From a virus: a DNA stretch of 64,000 bases. The position numbers and the translations under genes were made by a program. Below are positions 9,191 through 18,959 of the stretch, one piece after another. The stretch's first letter is position 1. Each line of letters begins with the position of its first letter. A model generated the notes under the pieces. The model was given only the letters and a program-made list of their open reading frames with translations. It made no database searches and was not told the DNA's origin. Location: positions 49,741 to 113,740 of IMG/VR virus record IMGVR_UViG_3300032893_000011, one strand, 5' to 3'.

Positions 9191-12100
9191 GTGGTCGACG
9201 CCGGTCAGGTCCGCATCAACGTAGTTATCGATGCGCGCGACCTCGGCAACGAAGTCAACGCCGCCGTGCGCAGCGCCGTGACGCCCGCCGTCGCCAAGGC
9301 CCAGGCTCAGGTGAACAGCCTCAACACGGCGATGGGCAAGGTCGACGCCACCAAGTTCCAGCAGATGGCAGCCAACGCCATCAACACCAACCAGGCCGTG
9401 CAACGGGCGCGCCTATCGGTGCAGCAGTACGGCACGGCGGTAGCCGACGCGCAGAAGGCCTCACGCAAAGCCGACGCCGAATACCAGAAGGCGATGAACG
9501 CCCGAACCACCGCCTACAAGGCGTGGCAGAAAGTCGTCAAAGACAAAGGCGAGATAGCGGCGATCCTCAACGCCAAGGAAGCCTACGAGGCCACCGCCAA
9601 AGCCGAGCAGAAAGCCGCCGCCGCGAGCCAGAAATCCCACGCCGCCGAGCAGTCGGCCATCTTCAAGGACCAGCAGGCGCGCCTGCGGGCCGCCGCAGCC
9701 GAGCAGGCCGCCGTCACGAAGATGATCACCCTGCAGCAGCGGCTCAACCGTGAACGCGAACGCTATACACGCGGCGGCGGGGGTGGACGTGGTGGCGGCG
9801 GCGGCGGAGGAGGGGGCGGAGGCGGGGGTGCCGTGCCCTTCCGGCTGGAAACCACCGTGCTGCAAATCTTCACCCGGCAGTGGCAGACCCTGGCCGCCAC
9901 GATGGGCTCCGCCACCATCGCCGTGGCCTCCCTGTCGCCGGTCATCGGGGCCCTGGCAGGGGCGCTGGGGGTGCTCGCCGGGGGCATCGGCATCGTCCTC
10001 GGCGGCCTCGGGCAGCTGACCACCGGGATCGGGGCGCTGATACCGGCGTTCGGCGGGGCGGTCGCCGCCATCAAAACAGGCCTGAGCGGGCTCGCCGAGG
10101 GCGCCAAAGAATACATGAAGCAGTTCTCCGACGCCCAAACGCAGCTATCCGTGCAGATCGGCAACCTGATGGGCCCCATGCTCAGCGCATGGACAGGGGT
10201 GTCGTCGCGCATCAAACTGGACTTCGCGCAGACCCTGGTGCCCGCGTTCAACAACCTGGCCGCGGTCATCAACAAGGTCGCCCCGGCGCTCGACGCGGTC
10301 GCCACCGCGGCCGGCGGGGTCATCAACGACATCACGGCCACCCTCAACGCGCTCGCCCCCCAGCTCAACGCCGTCCTGGAGGGCTCGCGGGCGCTGATCA
10401 CCACGATCGGCCCAGGTGTGCAGGCCCTGCTCGCCGGCATGGTGAGCCTGTCCGCCGCGGCGCAGCAGTCGATGCCCCTGATCTCGGGGGCGATCCGCGA
10501 TGCCCTGTCGGCGATCGGCGCGGCCATGAGGGAGGTCGCCGCCAGCCCCGAGCTGCAGGCCGCGCTGGCGTCGTTCGCGCAGGGCGTGAAAGTGCTGGGC
10601 GACCAGCTCGCCGGGTTCGGCAAAGAAATGGTCCACCTGGCGGCCGTGGCGGGCCCCGTCGCCAACCAACTGGGTGTCGTGTTCGGGCAGATGGTCCACC
10701 AGGTCGCCGACGCGTTCGCCGACCTGGCCACCAAGGTCGGGCCGATATTCAACCAGTTCGTCGCCGCGACCGGGCCTGGGCTGTCGCGGCTGATAGGCGA
10801 CTTCGGGCGGCTCGGCCAGATCGTCGGCCCCACACTGATCCCGCTGTTCACCGCGCTGGGCAACGCCATCCACAGCATCATCGAACCGCTCGGCGCGCTG
10901 GGTAAACAGTTCGTGCAGGGCCTGACCTCGATACTGCCCGACCTGGCGCAGGCCATCAAATCGGTGATGATCCCCATGGAGCAGCTGCTGCCCACCTTCG
11001 GCACCCTGCTCAAGGGCGCGCTGGACACCGTGATCGCGCTGGGCCCGGCGATCAACGCCGTCGCGGGCGGCATCGGCGACCTCGCGCAGGGCATCATGAC
11101 GGCGCTGCACCCGGTGCTGCCGACGGTCCGCGAGCTCGCGGAAACACTGGCGCCGACCCTGAAGCAGATCGGCGACGCCGCCGCGCAGCTCCTCCCGACG
11201 CTCGGCCCGGTCATCGCGTCGCTGGTGGCTGCGCTGACACCGGTCGCGCAGATCCTCGGGCAGGTCATCGTCTTAAGCCTCAAAAACCTCGCCACCATCA
11301 TTTCGGCGATCACCCCGGCGCTGACGACGTTCTTCACGATGGTCGCGCAGGGATTCAACGAGATAGCGCCGCAGCTTGACCAGCTGCTGGGCGAGCTTGC
11401 CCAGCAGATGCCGCAGATCATGGCCACCCTGGCGCCCGTGCTCAACGACCTGGCGGCCGGGCTGGGGCAGGTGGCCATAGAGGTGATCAAGCTGCTACCC
11501 CCGCTGCTGACCATCGCGCCGAAATTCCTGGAAACCGCCGCCAACATCGGTGGGCGCCTGGTGCCGACGATGATTCCGCTGCTGGATGTCCTGGGCAAAG
11601 TGCTGTCGATAATGCAGCCCCTGATCGACGCCATGACTCGCCTCAAGGCGCCGATTGATCTGATCAACCTGGCGCTGGACCACATGAGCGGCGTGGTGAA
11701 CGCGCTGGTCGGGCCCTTGGGGCGGCTGATCGGGACGATACCCGGGCACGGCCAGGGTGCTGGCGCCCCCCCGCCGTCGGGTCAGCTGCCGGCCGGGCCG
11801 CCCCTGTGGGACTACCTGCCGTACCAGCCCAACGTTCAAGGGCAGATGACCAAGCCGCGACAGTTCGTCCCCGGCGTGACACCGGGGGCCACACCCGCCA
11901 TCCCCTACCTGCAGGCGGGACCGCAGCCGTTCACACCGGTCACAGGCGCGGCCGGGGCTGGCGCCAAACCACCCCAACCCCCCGAGCTGCCCATCCAGGA
12001 GGTGCCGCTGGGCCTGCTGCCCCAAACCGCGGCGCAAACCGACCTGCTCAAACAGATCCGCGACCTGCTCAACGGCACCGGCAACGCCAACGCCCCCTTG

Positions 12101-15100
12101 AACAATTTGAAGGATCTGCACGACGCCGTGCGCCAGATCGGCACCGACCTGAAGAAATCCCTGCCCGCCAGCCGGCTCCCGCCGGGGGCCATCCCCGGCC
12201 GCATAGGGCCGTGGGGCACGCCCATCCCGCCGCAGAACCCGCCCGGCTACCAGGTGGCCGCCGCCGTGATCCAAGCGCTGGGCGGCAACGTCGAAGCCGC
12301 TATCGGCGAATCCCCGATCCAGTACGCGCAGGAGCAGTGGGAGCAGGACGTCGACCGGTGGGTGGACAAGGCGGATCAGCAGATCAGCCAGTGGGAGCAG
12401 ATGCTGCAGGAGATGCAGCAGTGGAACGCCTACCAGCAGGAGTATCTGGACTGGCTGCAGGGGCAGTCGCAGCAGAAGCCGATACCGGGGATGCCGTGGA
12501 CCGCCCCCAACATTCCGCCGCCCGCGACGGGGCCGCGGCTGCCGCAGTTCGGACCGCCACCGGGCTGGCCACCCGGATCAGCCCCGCCGCAGCAGCCGGG
12601 CTGGCCATCCGCGACACCCGGCTGGCCCTCGGCGCAAGGTTACGCGCAGATGGCGCCACCGGTCACCCTCCAGCCGGCTGCCGGCGCCCACGCCGTCATA
12701 CCGCCCAACCCCACCAAGGACCAGGTGATCGCCGCGATCATCGCCGAAGGCCGGGCGCGCGGACTCAGCGACCAGGAGATCGCCGGTGTGCTGTCGGTGG
12801 CGCAGCAGGAAAGCGGCTTCAACCTTGAGGGGTTCATGGGGTTCGCGACGAAAACCACCGACACCGGCTACACCGGCGGGGCCGCCTACGCCAACCAGTG
12901 GAACCCGGCCCTGCAGAAGTTCTACGACAACTACATGGCCGGTGGGTACGGGGCCGCCGGTGGCCCCCAAGCCAAGGCCGCGGCGCTGCAGGCCCTCCAA
13001 AGCGGCAACCCGCAGCCGTTCCTGAACTGGCTTCAGTCCGGTGTGCAGGGCATACCGAACACGGTGGGACTCAACGCCTCGTTCGGCCCCAATATCGCCG
13101 CCAACTATCCGCTGTGGCTGTCTAGGCTGTCCACGACATCCACCATCGGTGTCCCCCACCTGGGCACCGGACTGCCGCCCGGACCGACAGCACCCGGGCT
13201 GCCCGGAGCCAACATCGCCACCGCAGGTAGCCCCATCCCGGTGTGGGTCGTCGGCAGCGGCCCGATGACCGGCGCCGGGTTCGGCCCGATGCCTGGAGCC
13301 GGGTTCGGCCCGCCAGGAGGCCTCGGCGGCCTCCCAGCGCCGCCGCAAGGCTCCAGCTTCGCCGGTGCCGCAGCCAGCAGTGCCGGTGTCCAAGCCGCGA
13401 TCCAGCTGGCACAGCAGGCGGCGGGCGGTCAATACCAGTGGGGCGGCGTGGGACCGCTCTACGACTGCAGCGGCCTCATCTCCACGCTGTACGCGGCGAT
13501 CACCGGCAAGCCCTTCGGCGGCGGGCAACGCTACTTCACCACCGACTCCAACTTCGCCTCGCTGGGGTTCGTGCCCGGCTACAACCCCGCGTCGGCGCTG
13601 AACATCTCCACCACCGGGGAGCACATCACCGGGCAACTCGCCGGGGTGCCGGTCGAGGCGCACGCGCCGGGCATTCCCACAAGTGTTGGCCCCGGCGCGA
13701 CCTTCCCGCTGCCCGGCGGCACACCCTACTACCTGCCCATCGACGTCAACGGCCAACCGCTGGGACCCCCAACCGCGGCGCTGACATCCTGGAACGCCCC
13801 GGCCCCGCCGAGCACCGCGAACGCCTCACCGGCCTACTATCCAGGCCTGGGGCAGCCCGGCGGGCTGGGCTCGGTGGGCTCACCGGTGCCCGTGTACGTC
13901 ACCAACTGGCCGTCCAGCGGGCCCGCAGCCCGCGGCGCCCCCCTGCCCGGCAGCACCGCAGCCCAGCAGATCGGCGAAGGGGTCGGGAATGTCGCCGCCA
14001 ACGTCACCGGCAACATCCTCGACGCGATCGGTGGCCTGGGCAACCAGCCGTGGCAGCCATGGAAGCAGCAGCCCGCCGCGTCGGTTTGGCAGCTCGCCAA
14101 CCAGGGCAACCCGCTGGCCATCGCCGCAGCCGCGGGTTTCACCGTCCCGTCGTTCGCCATGTCCGGCTCGGGTATCGGCCCCAACCAGATCGCCGCCCCG
14201 CCGAGCCCCGCGTTCAACGCGCAGGGGCAACTCTTCAGCGACACCGCCGCGCTGCTCGAACGCTCCTTCTCCTCGCTGTCCGCCGAACTCGACGCGATGC
14301 GCAGCCAGCTCGTCGACGTGCTCAACGAGATCAAGCAGATGCTCACCCAGGAGGCCCTGGAGCCGATCATGGAGGCCGCCGTCAAGGCGGCGATCTCCTC
14401 CATCCCCGGGAGCGTGCTGGACACGATCGGCCAGAACATGGGCACAGCCGCCGCCCCGCCGATCGCCGACGCCGTCGACAGCGCCATCAGCACCGCCTCC
14501 CAAAGCGCCACCCCCAACACGAGCCTGGGAGGGGCGGTCACCACGTGGACCAACAGCGCCGAGAACGTGGTGCTGGGCCCGCAGTCCTACGACGAAGGCG
14601 GCCCATGGCCCACCGGCACGCTGGGCATCAACACCTCGGGGGCCACCGAATACGTGCTGACCGCCGCCGAGTACGCCAACCTGGGCCGGTTCCAGGGCAT
14701 GGACCCGGCGACGCTGCAGGGTGCCGGGTGGACATCGGCCGCCCCCGGGACGATCGGCAACGCCAACGTCGGCGCGCAATGGTTCGGGGTGGAAAACATC
14801 CCGATCCTCAACGCGCTGGTCAACATCCTGGTGGAGATCCTGCTGTCCGTGCTGGGTGTGCAAATCCAGGTCAGAGACACCATGATCAATTTGACCCAGC
14901 AATTCCGCCAGTTCCGCGGCGACTCGTTCAAGGCGTTCGACGCGCAGGGAAGGTTGTTGAACGACACGAGCGCGCTGATGGACCGCAGCATCACCTCCGC
15001 GCAGGAGGCCGCCGACCAGCGCATCCAAATCCTGGAGATCGTCCTGGCGGCGCTGATCAAGTACATCGTCGACAACATCATCATCCCCATCGCCGACGCG

Positions 15101-15727
15101 GTCGGCCAGGCGCTGGTCAACGCGGCCGCCTCCGCCGCCGGAGCGGCGACCAGCGCCGGCATCTCCGCGGGCACGGAGGGGGCCGGCGCGATCGGCGGGC
15201 AGATCGCCGGGGCGGTCGTCCAGGCCGCCATCTCCTCGGCCGGGGATGCGGCGATCACGATCGCATCCCAGATCGCCGAGGAGGTCGTCAACGCCGCCAC
15301 CCCCGTGATTCTGCAGGCGATCGGCGAACTCTTCCAGTCGGTGTTCCCCGGCGTAGCGACGGGCATATTCGGCGGCGGCCTGCTGGAGGCGATCACCAAC
15401 CCCATCGGCACGCTGCTGTCCGACGCACTCGGCGCGATTCTTGGAATTCTCACCGTGGCGTTCGGCGGGCTCACCAACGTCGGCGGTGGGTTGTTCAACT
15501 TCGACGACGGCGGCATGGCCTACGGGACCGGCATGATGCCCAAGGCGGTCATCGAACCCGAGCGGGTCCTGTCCCCCGCCGACACCGACCGCTTCGAGCG
15601 GATGGTGTCGGCGCTGGAGGGCGGCCAGCTCGCGCGTGTCACCCACGTCAACGCCCCGTTCACGGTGCTCGGCGGCCAGCACGCCGGGGCGGCCGCCCGC
15701 AACCAACTCCTAGCGTTGCTGTCCTAG
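9191..15727 (+). CDS. Tape measure protein with embedded lytic-transglycosylase-like and NlpC/P60-like domains
   Basis: 2178 aa with amphipathic helical repeats; IIAEGRARG...VAQQESGFN; GGQYQWGG..YDCSGL; C-terminal FDDGG..G...KAVIEPERVLSP. Confidence 0.93.
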   Translation: MVDAGQVRINVVIDARDLGNEVNAAVRSAVTPAVAKAQAQVNSLNTAMGKVDATKFQQMAANAINTNQAVQRARLSVQQYGTAVADAQKASRKADAEYQKAMNARTTAYKAWQKVVKDKGEIAAILNAKEAYEATAKAEQKAAAASQKSHAAEQSAIFKDQQARLRAAAAEQAAVTKMITLQQRLNRERERYTRGGGGGRGGGGGGGGGGGGGAVPFRLETTVLQIFTRQWQTLAATMGSATIAVASLSPVIGALAGALGVLAGGIGIVLGGLGQLTTGIGALIPAFGGAVAAIKTGLSGLAEGAKEYMKQFSDAQTQLSVQIGNLMGPMLSAWTGVSSRIKLDFAQTLVPAFNNLAAVINKVAPALDAVATAAGGVINDITATLNALAPQLNAVLEGSRALITTIGPGVQALLAGMVSLSAAAQQSMPLISGAIRDALSAIGAAMREVAASPELQAALASFAQGVKVLGDQLAGFGKEMVHLAAVAGPVANQLGVVFGQMVHQVADAFADLATKVGPIFNQFVAATGPGLSRLIGDFGRLGQIVGPTLIPLFTALGNAIHSIIEPLGALGKQFVQGLTSILPDLAQAIKSVMIPMEQLLPTFGTLLKGALDTVIALGPAINAVAGGIGDLAQGIMTALHPVLPTVRELAETLAPTLKQIGDAAAQLLPTLGPVIASLVAALTPVAQILGQVIVLSLKNLATIISAITPALTTFFTMVAQGFNEIAPQLDQLLGELAQQMPQIMATLAPVLNDLAAGLGQVAIEVIKLLPPLLTIAPKFLETAANIGGRLVPTMIPLLDVLGKVLSIMQPLIDAMTRLKAPIDLINLALDHMSGVVNALVGPLGRLIGTIPGHGQGAGAPPPSGQLPAGPPLWDYLPYQPNVQGQMTKPRQFVPGVTPGATPAIPYLQAGPQPFTPVTGAAGAGAKPPQPPELPIQEVPLGLLPQTAAQTDLLKQIRDLLNGTGNANAPLNNLKDLHDAVRQIGTDLKKSLPASRLPPGAIPGRIGPWGTPIPPQNPPGYQVAAAVIQALGGNVEAAIGESPIQYAQEQWEQDVDRWVDKADQQISQWEQMLQEMQQWNAYQQEYLDWLQGQSQQKPIPGMPWTAPNIPPPATGPRLPQFGPPPGWPPGSAPPQQPGWPSATPGWPSAQGYAQMAPPVTLQPAAGAHAVIPPNPTKDQVIAAIIAEGRARGLSDQEIAGVLSVAQQESGFNLEGFMGFATKTTDTGYTGGAAYANQWNPALQKFYDNYMAGGYGAAGGPQAKAAALQALQSGNPQPFLNWLQSGVQGIPNTVGLNASFGPNIAANYPLWLSRLSTTSTIGVPHLGTGLPPGPTAPGLPGANIATAGSPIPVWVVGSGPMTGAGFGPMPGAGFGPPGGLGGLPAPPQGSSFAGAAASSAGVQAAIQLAQQAAGGQYQWGGVGPLYDCSGLISTLYAAITGKPFGGGQRYFTTDSNFASLGFVPGYNPASALNISTTGEHITGQLAGVPVEAHAPGIPTSVGPGATFPLPGGTPYYLPIDVNGQPLGPPTAALTSWNAPAPPSTANASPAYYPGLGQPGGLGSVGSPVPVYVTNWPSSGPAARGAPLPGSTAAQQIGEGVGNVAANVTGNILDAIGGLGNQPWQPWKQQPAASVWQLANQGNPLAIAAAAGFTVPSFAMSGSGIGPNQIAAPPSPAFNAQGQLFSDTAALLERSFSSLSAELDAMRSQLVDVLNEIKQMLTQEALEPIMEAAVKAAISSIPGSVLDTIGQNMGTAAAPPIADAVDSAISTASQSATPNTSLGGAVTTWTNSAENVVLGPQSYDEGGPWPTGTLGINTSGATEYVLTAAEYANLGRFQGMDPATLQGAGWTSAAPGTIGNANVGAQWFGVENIPILNALVNILVEILLSVLGVQIQVRDTMINLTQQFRQFRGDSFKAFDAQGRLLNDTSALMDRSITSAQEAADQRIQILEIVLAALIKYIVDNIIIPIADAVGQALVNAAASAAGAATSAGISAGTEGAGAIGGQIAGAVVQAAISSAGDAAITIASQIAEEVVNAATPVILQAIGELFQSVFPGVATGIFGGGLLEAITNPIGTLLSDALGAILGILTVAFGGLTNVGGGLFNFDDGGMAYGTGMMPKAVIEPERVLSPADTDRFERMVSALEGGQLARVTHVNAPFTVLGGQHAGAAARNQLLALLS

Positions 15728-15744
15728 AAGGGGGTGGTATCCGA

Positions 15745-17172
15745 ATGCCTTACGCCGGATGGTTCGTGCTTGACGGAACGGAGATAGCGAACAGCGCCCG
15801 GGTGATAGCCCACATGGGCGCAGACACGCCCGTCTCGGACTCGATAATCTTCGGCACGCCCGGGGACTGCTCCCTGCGGCCGCTGCCCACCGACTCCGGG
15901 CTGGCGCCGATGCCCGCCGACTCGTCGATCGTGACGACCGGTCTGGCGTCGCCGCCCAACGGCAGCGCCCTCTACGACGCCGGGCTGGCCGTGATCGGGC
16001 CGTGCTGGACGGCCTCGAACCTGTGCGGGAACTGCCGCCCGTGGGTCACCTACGACGACTCCTGGTCCGGGCTGCAGGCCTTCCTCGGCGACACGATCTA
16101 CCGCCCAGAGCTGGCGCCGTGGTACTCGGTCGGCACGCCGCAGTCGGGCGAGTTCGGCGGCGTGTGGCCGCTGAGCGTCACCGGGCTGGGCCCGGCGCCG
16201 GTGCAGCGCGAGGTCACCGAGCTGGTCGGTTCGGGGGCGTCGGCGGGGCCTGCGCGCGACACGAGCCGCGTCGTCACGTTCACCGCGCTGCTGATCGCCT
16301 GCACCAACGCCGGGCTGATGTACGGGCTGGAGTGGCTGGCGTGCCAGCTGCGGGAAACCAACGAGCGCACCGACGCGGTGCTGCGCTACCTGGCCGCCCA
16401 CCCGGGCGGGTCGACGGCCTACCCGATACAGCTGGTGCGGGAGCTGCACGGGGTGGTGCTCACCAAGTCGCCGCAGATCACCAACGAGTACCAGGGGCAT
16501 CTCATCCCCAACAGGTCATCCACGATGTGTCAGGTGACATGGGAGCTGACGGCGCTGATGCCCTACGCCTACACCCCCATGGAGAGCTACGACGTGGTGT
16601 GGGACTCGATCACCCTGCAGCCGATCCAGTGGGTGCACGCCACCGACTGCACCGCCCCCGCCTCCTGTGACCCGATGCCGACGCTGTTCTCCGCCGAGTG
16701 CACACCGGCGCAGGTCGTCGTGGTCACCCAGCCGCCGCCGGTGTGCGGCGGGTGCCTGCCGCTGTGCGAGATGGACGTCTACACCTACGAGATCCCGGTG
16801 CCGTCGTACGCGCTGGTGTGCAGCCAGTCGGCGGTGTCGCTGACCCTCACCAACAACGGCGGCTCCGATCTGACCCTGCAGGCCTACTTCCAGGTGTGCG
16901 ACAGCAACGAGGCCTGCCAGCAGAACCAGTACCCGATACAGGTGTCGGGGCTGCCGCCCACGGCGCAGCTGGTCGTCGACGCGATCAACTCCCGGTTCTG
17001 GGTCTACTACCAGCGGCAGAACCGCCGGCCGGTGGGGATCGTGTCGACCCCGGGCGGGTCGCCGTGGGAACCGGCGATCCTGGACAGGAGCATGTGCTGG
17101 GAGTTCGTGGTCATCGCTCCCGGTGGCAGCGTGTTCGACGTGACGCTGAACATCGCCGACCGGGAGGCGTAG
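15745..17172 (+). CDS. Minor tail protein (distal-tail-like)
   Basis: MPYAGWFVLDGTEIANSAR start inside track ORF 13243-17172; Cys-rich; directly after the tape measure. Confidence 0.8.
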   Translation: MPYAGWFVLDGTEIANSARVIAHMGADTPVSDSIIFGTPGDCSLRPLPTDSGLAPMPADSSIVTTGLASPPNGSALYDAGLAVIGPCWTASNLCGNCRPWVTYDDSWSGLQAFLGDTIYRPELAPWYSVGTPQSGEFGGVWPLSVTGLGPAPVQREVTELVGSGASAGPARDTSRVVTFTALLIACTNAGLMYGLEWLACQLRETNERTDAVLRYLAAHPGGSTAYPIQLVRELHGVVLTKSPQITNEYQGHLIPNRSSTMCQVTWELTALMPYAYTPMESYDVVWDSITLQPIQWVHATDCTAPASCDPMPTLFSAECTPAQVVVVTQPPPVCGGCLPLCEMDVYTYEIPVPSYALVCSQSAVSLTLTNNGGSDLTLQAYFQVCDSNEACQQNQYPIQVSGLPPTAQLVVDAINSRFWVYYQRQNRRPVGIVSTPGGSPWEPAILDRSMCWEFVVIAPGGSVFDVTLNIADREA

Positions 17173-17173
17173 G

Positions 17174-18850
17174 TTGACCGCCTACACGTGCAACTCGGCG
17201 CAGACCGCCGTCGCGGCACCGGCAGCCACAGCGAAGGCGGCGCTGCACACCAACTCGGCGCAGACCGCCGTCGCCATCGCCTCGGCGTCGCTGACCGCCA
17301 GGCTTTTGGCCAACGCCGCCCAAACCATCACCGCCGGCCCGGCCGCATCGGGTATCCGCGCCGCCGTCTGCAACTGCGCGCTGACCGTCACCGCGACCGG
17401 GGCGGTGACACTGGCGCACAACGCGACCGCCAACACCGCCCAGGTGATCACCGCGACGGCGTCCGCGGGCATGAAGGCAACGCTGCAGGCCAACGCCGCC
17501 CAAACGGTCACACTCGCCGCGGGCTCGGCCCTGGCGCATCACGCCGCCCTCGACGCCGCGCAGGCACTGGCCGCGACCGGGCGGGCCGCGCTGGGGATAG
17601 CGGGGCGGGTCGACGCCGCGCAAACGGTCACCGCCGCCGCAGCAGCAGGCCTGAAAGGGCTGCGCACCACAGACCCCATCGCGCTAACCGACGCCCTGTC
17701 CGTCGTGCTGATACCGGGCACCCTGACCCGCTGGAACAGCCTGCCGCCCGCCCTGCCAGCCCGGGCGCTGCGGCACATAGTCGTCATCTCCGGCATCGAC
17801 GGCGTCGCGCTCTACCAAATCAACCAAACCCAAACCAACCAACTGACCTGGGGGCGGCAGCTGCGCGACGTGTCCACCTGCACGCTCACCATCCCGCCGC
17901 TGGTCACCGCCGACCAGAAGCTGCCCGACATCGTGCCGTGGCTGCACTGGGTCCACGTCTACGACGCCCCCACCGCCGCGCTGCTGTGGTCGGGGCCCAT
18001 CCAGAACCTGTCCACCACACGGACCGCCGCCACCATCACAGCCAAGGACGTGGCCGCGTTGATGACCCGCACCCGCAACCCGATCACCAAAAGCTACGAC
18101 AACACCGACCCGGTCGTCCCCGCGGCCGACATGTGGAACGCGCTCATCGAGCAGCACAACCTGCCGATCACGCCGATCGTCAACTACGACCCGTACGGCG
18201 GGCGCTACGAGTACGCCGTGACCGCCGACTCGGCGATGATGGACCAGGCGATCTCCGACCTGGTCGGCATGGGCCTGTACTGGACGGTCGTCGCCGGGAC
18301 ACCGATACTGGGGCCCGCCCCCAAAGCCCCCATCATGACGCTCGGCGAGAACGACTTCATCGGCTCGGGCATCGAATGGGTGCGCGACGGCGCGTCGGTG
18401 TACAACGACATCCTGCTGCGGGGCCCCGACAACCTGGCCCGGGCCCGGGTCACCCTCTACGGGCTGGAGCTGCAGCAGATCGTCAAAGTCGACTCCATGT
18501 TCGGGGTGAGCAACGTGAACACGGCCACCGCACAATATGCCACCTACTACGGGGCGATCCGCGACGCCATCCAACTGCCCAACGACACGGTCGTCAACCC
18601 GCAGACCCCGCTGGCCGTCGCAGACCTGATCCCCTCGACGCGGTTCACCATCTCCGCGTTCGGCATGAACGTGAAGATGGAGCTGGAAGCGATGACCGTG
18701 GACTGCGCCGCCGGCACGGCGAACCTGTCTGTGAGCCTCGAATCGGTGATCGACCCGCCCGATCTGCCCGAGCTGGCGCAGGTCACGTCCGCGCAGTCCG
18801 TCGGGGCCACCACCACCACCCAAACCACCCCCGCCATCATCGGAGGCTGA
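17174..18850 (+). CDS. Minor tail protein (hub-like) with N-terminal Ala-rich repeats
   Basis: LTWGRQLRDVSTC...IVPWLHWV...LLWSGPI core, preceded by NAAQTxTA repeats. Confidence 0.75.
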   Translation: MTAYTCNSAQTAVAAPAATAKAALHTNSAQTAVAIASASLTARLLANAAQTITAGPAASGIRAAVCNCALTVTATGAVTLAHNATANTAQVITATASAGMKATLQANAAQTVTLAAGSALAHHAALDAAQALAATGRAALGIAGRVDAAQTVTAAAAAGLKGLRTTDPIALTDALSVVLIPGTLTRWNSLPPALPARALRHIVVISGIDGVALYQINQTQTNQLTWGRQLRDVSTCTLTIPPLVTADQKLPDIVPWLHWVHVYDAPTAALLWSGPIQNLSTTRTAATITAKDVAALMTRTRNPITKSYDNTDPVVPAADMWNALIEQHNLPITPIVNYDPYGGRYEYAVTADSAMMDQAISDLVGMGLYWTVVAGTPILGPAPKAPIMTLGENDFIGSGIEWVRDGASVYNDILLRGPDNLARARVTLYGLELQQIVKVDSMFGVSNVNTATAQYATYYGAIRDAIQLPNDTVVNPQTPLAVADLIPSTRFTISAFGMNVKMELEAMTVDCAAGTANLSVSLESVIDPPDLPELAQVTSAQSVGATTTTQTTPAIIGG

Positions 18851-18959
18851 AAAATGGGCGCGAAACCTTACCACGGTCCATACGACTTGTGCGCTGCCGC
18901 ACTTCCCGTTCCTCACGTTGTTCCCCTCGCGGCAGGGGTCGCTGAAGGGAGGCAATGAT

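Noticed and set aside
13243-15744. Long N-terminal part of track ORF 13243-17172
   Set aside because: Arg/Pro-rich shadow frame overlapping the tape measure. The real gene starts at ATG 15745 after a GGGGTGG RBS-like sequence.
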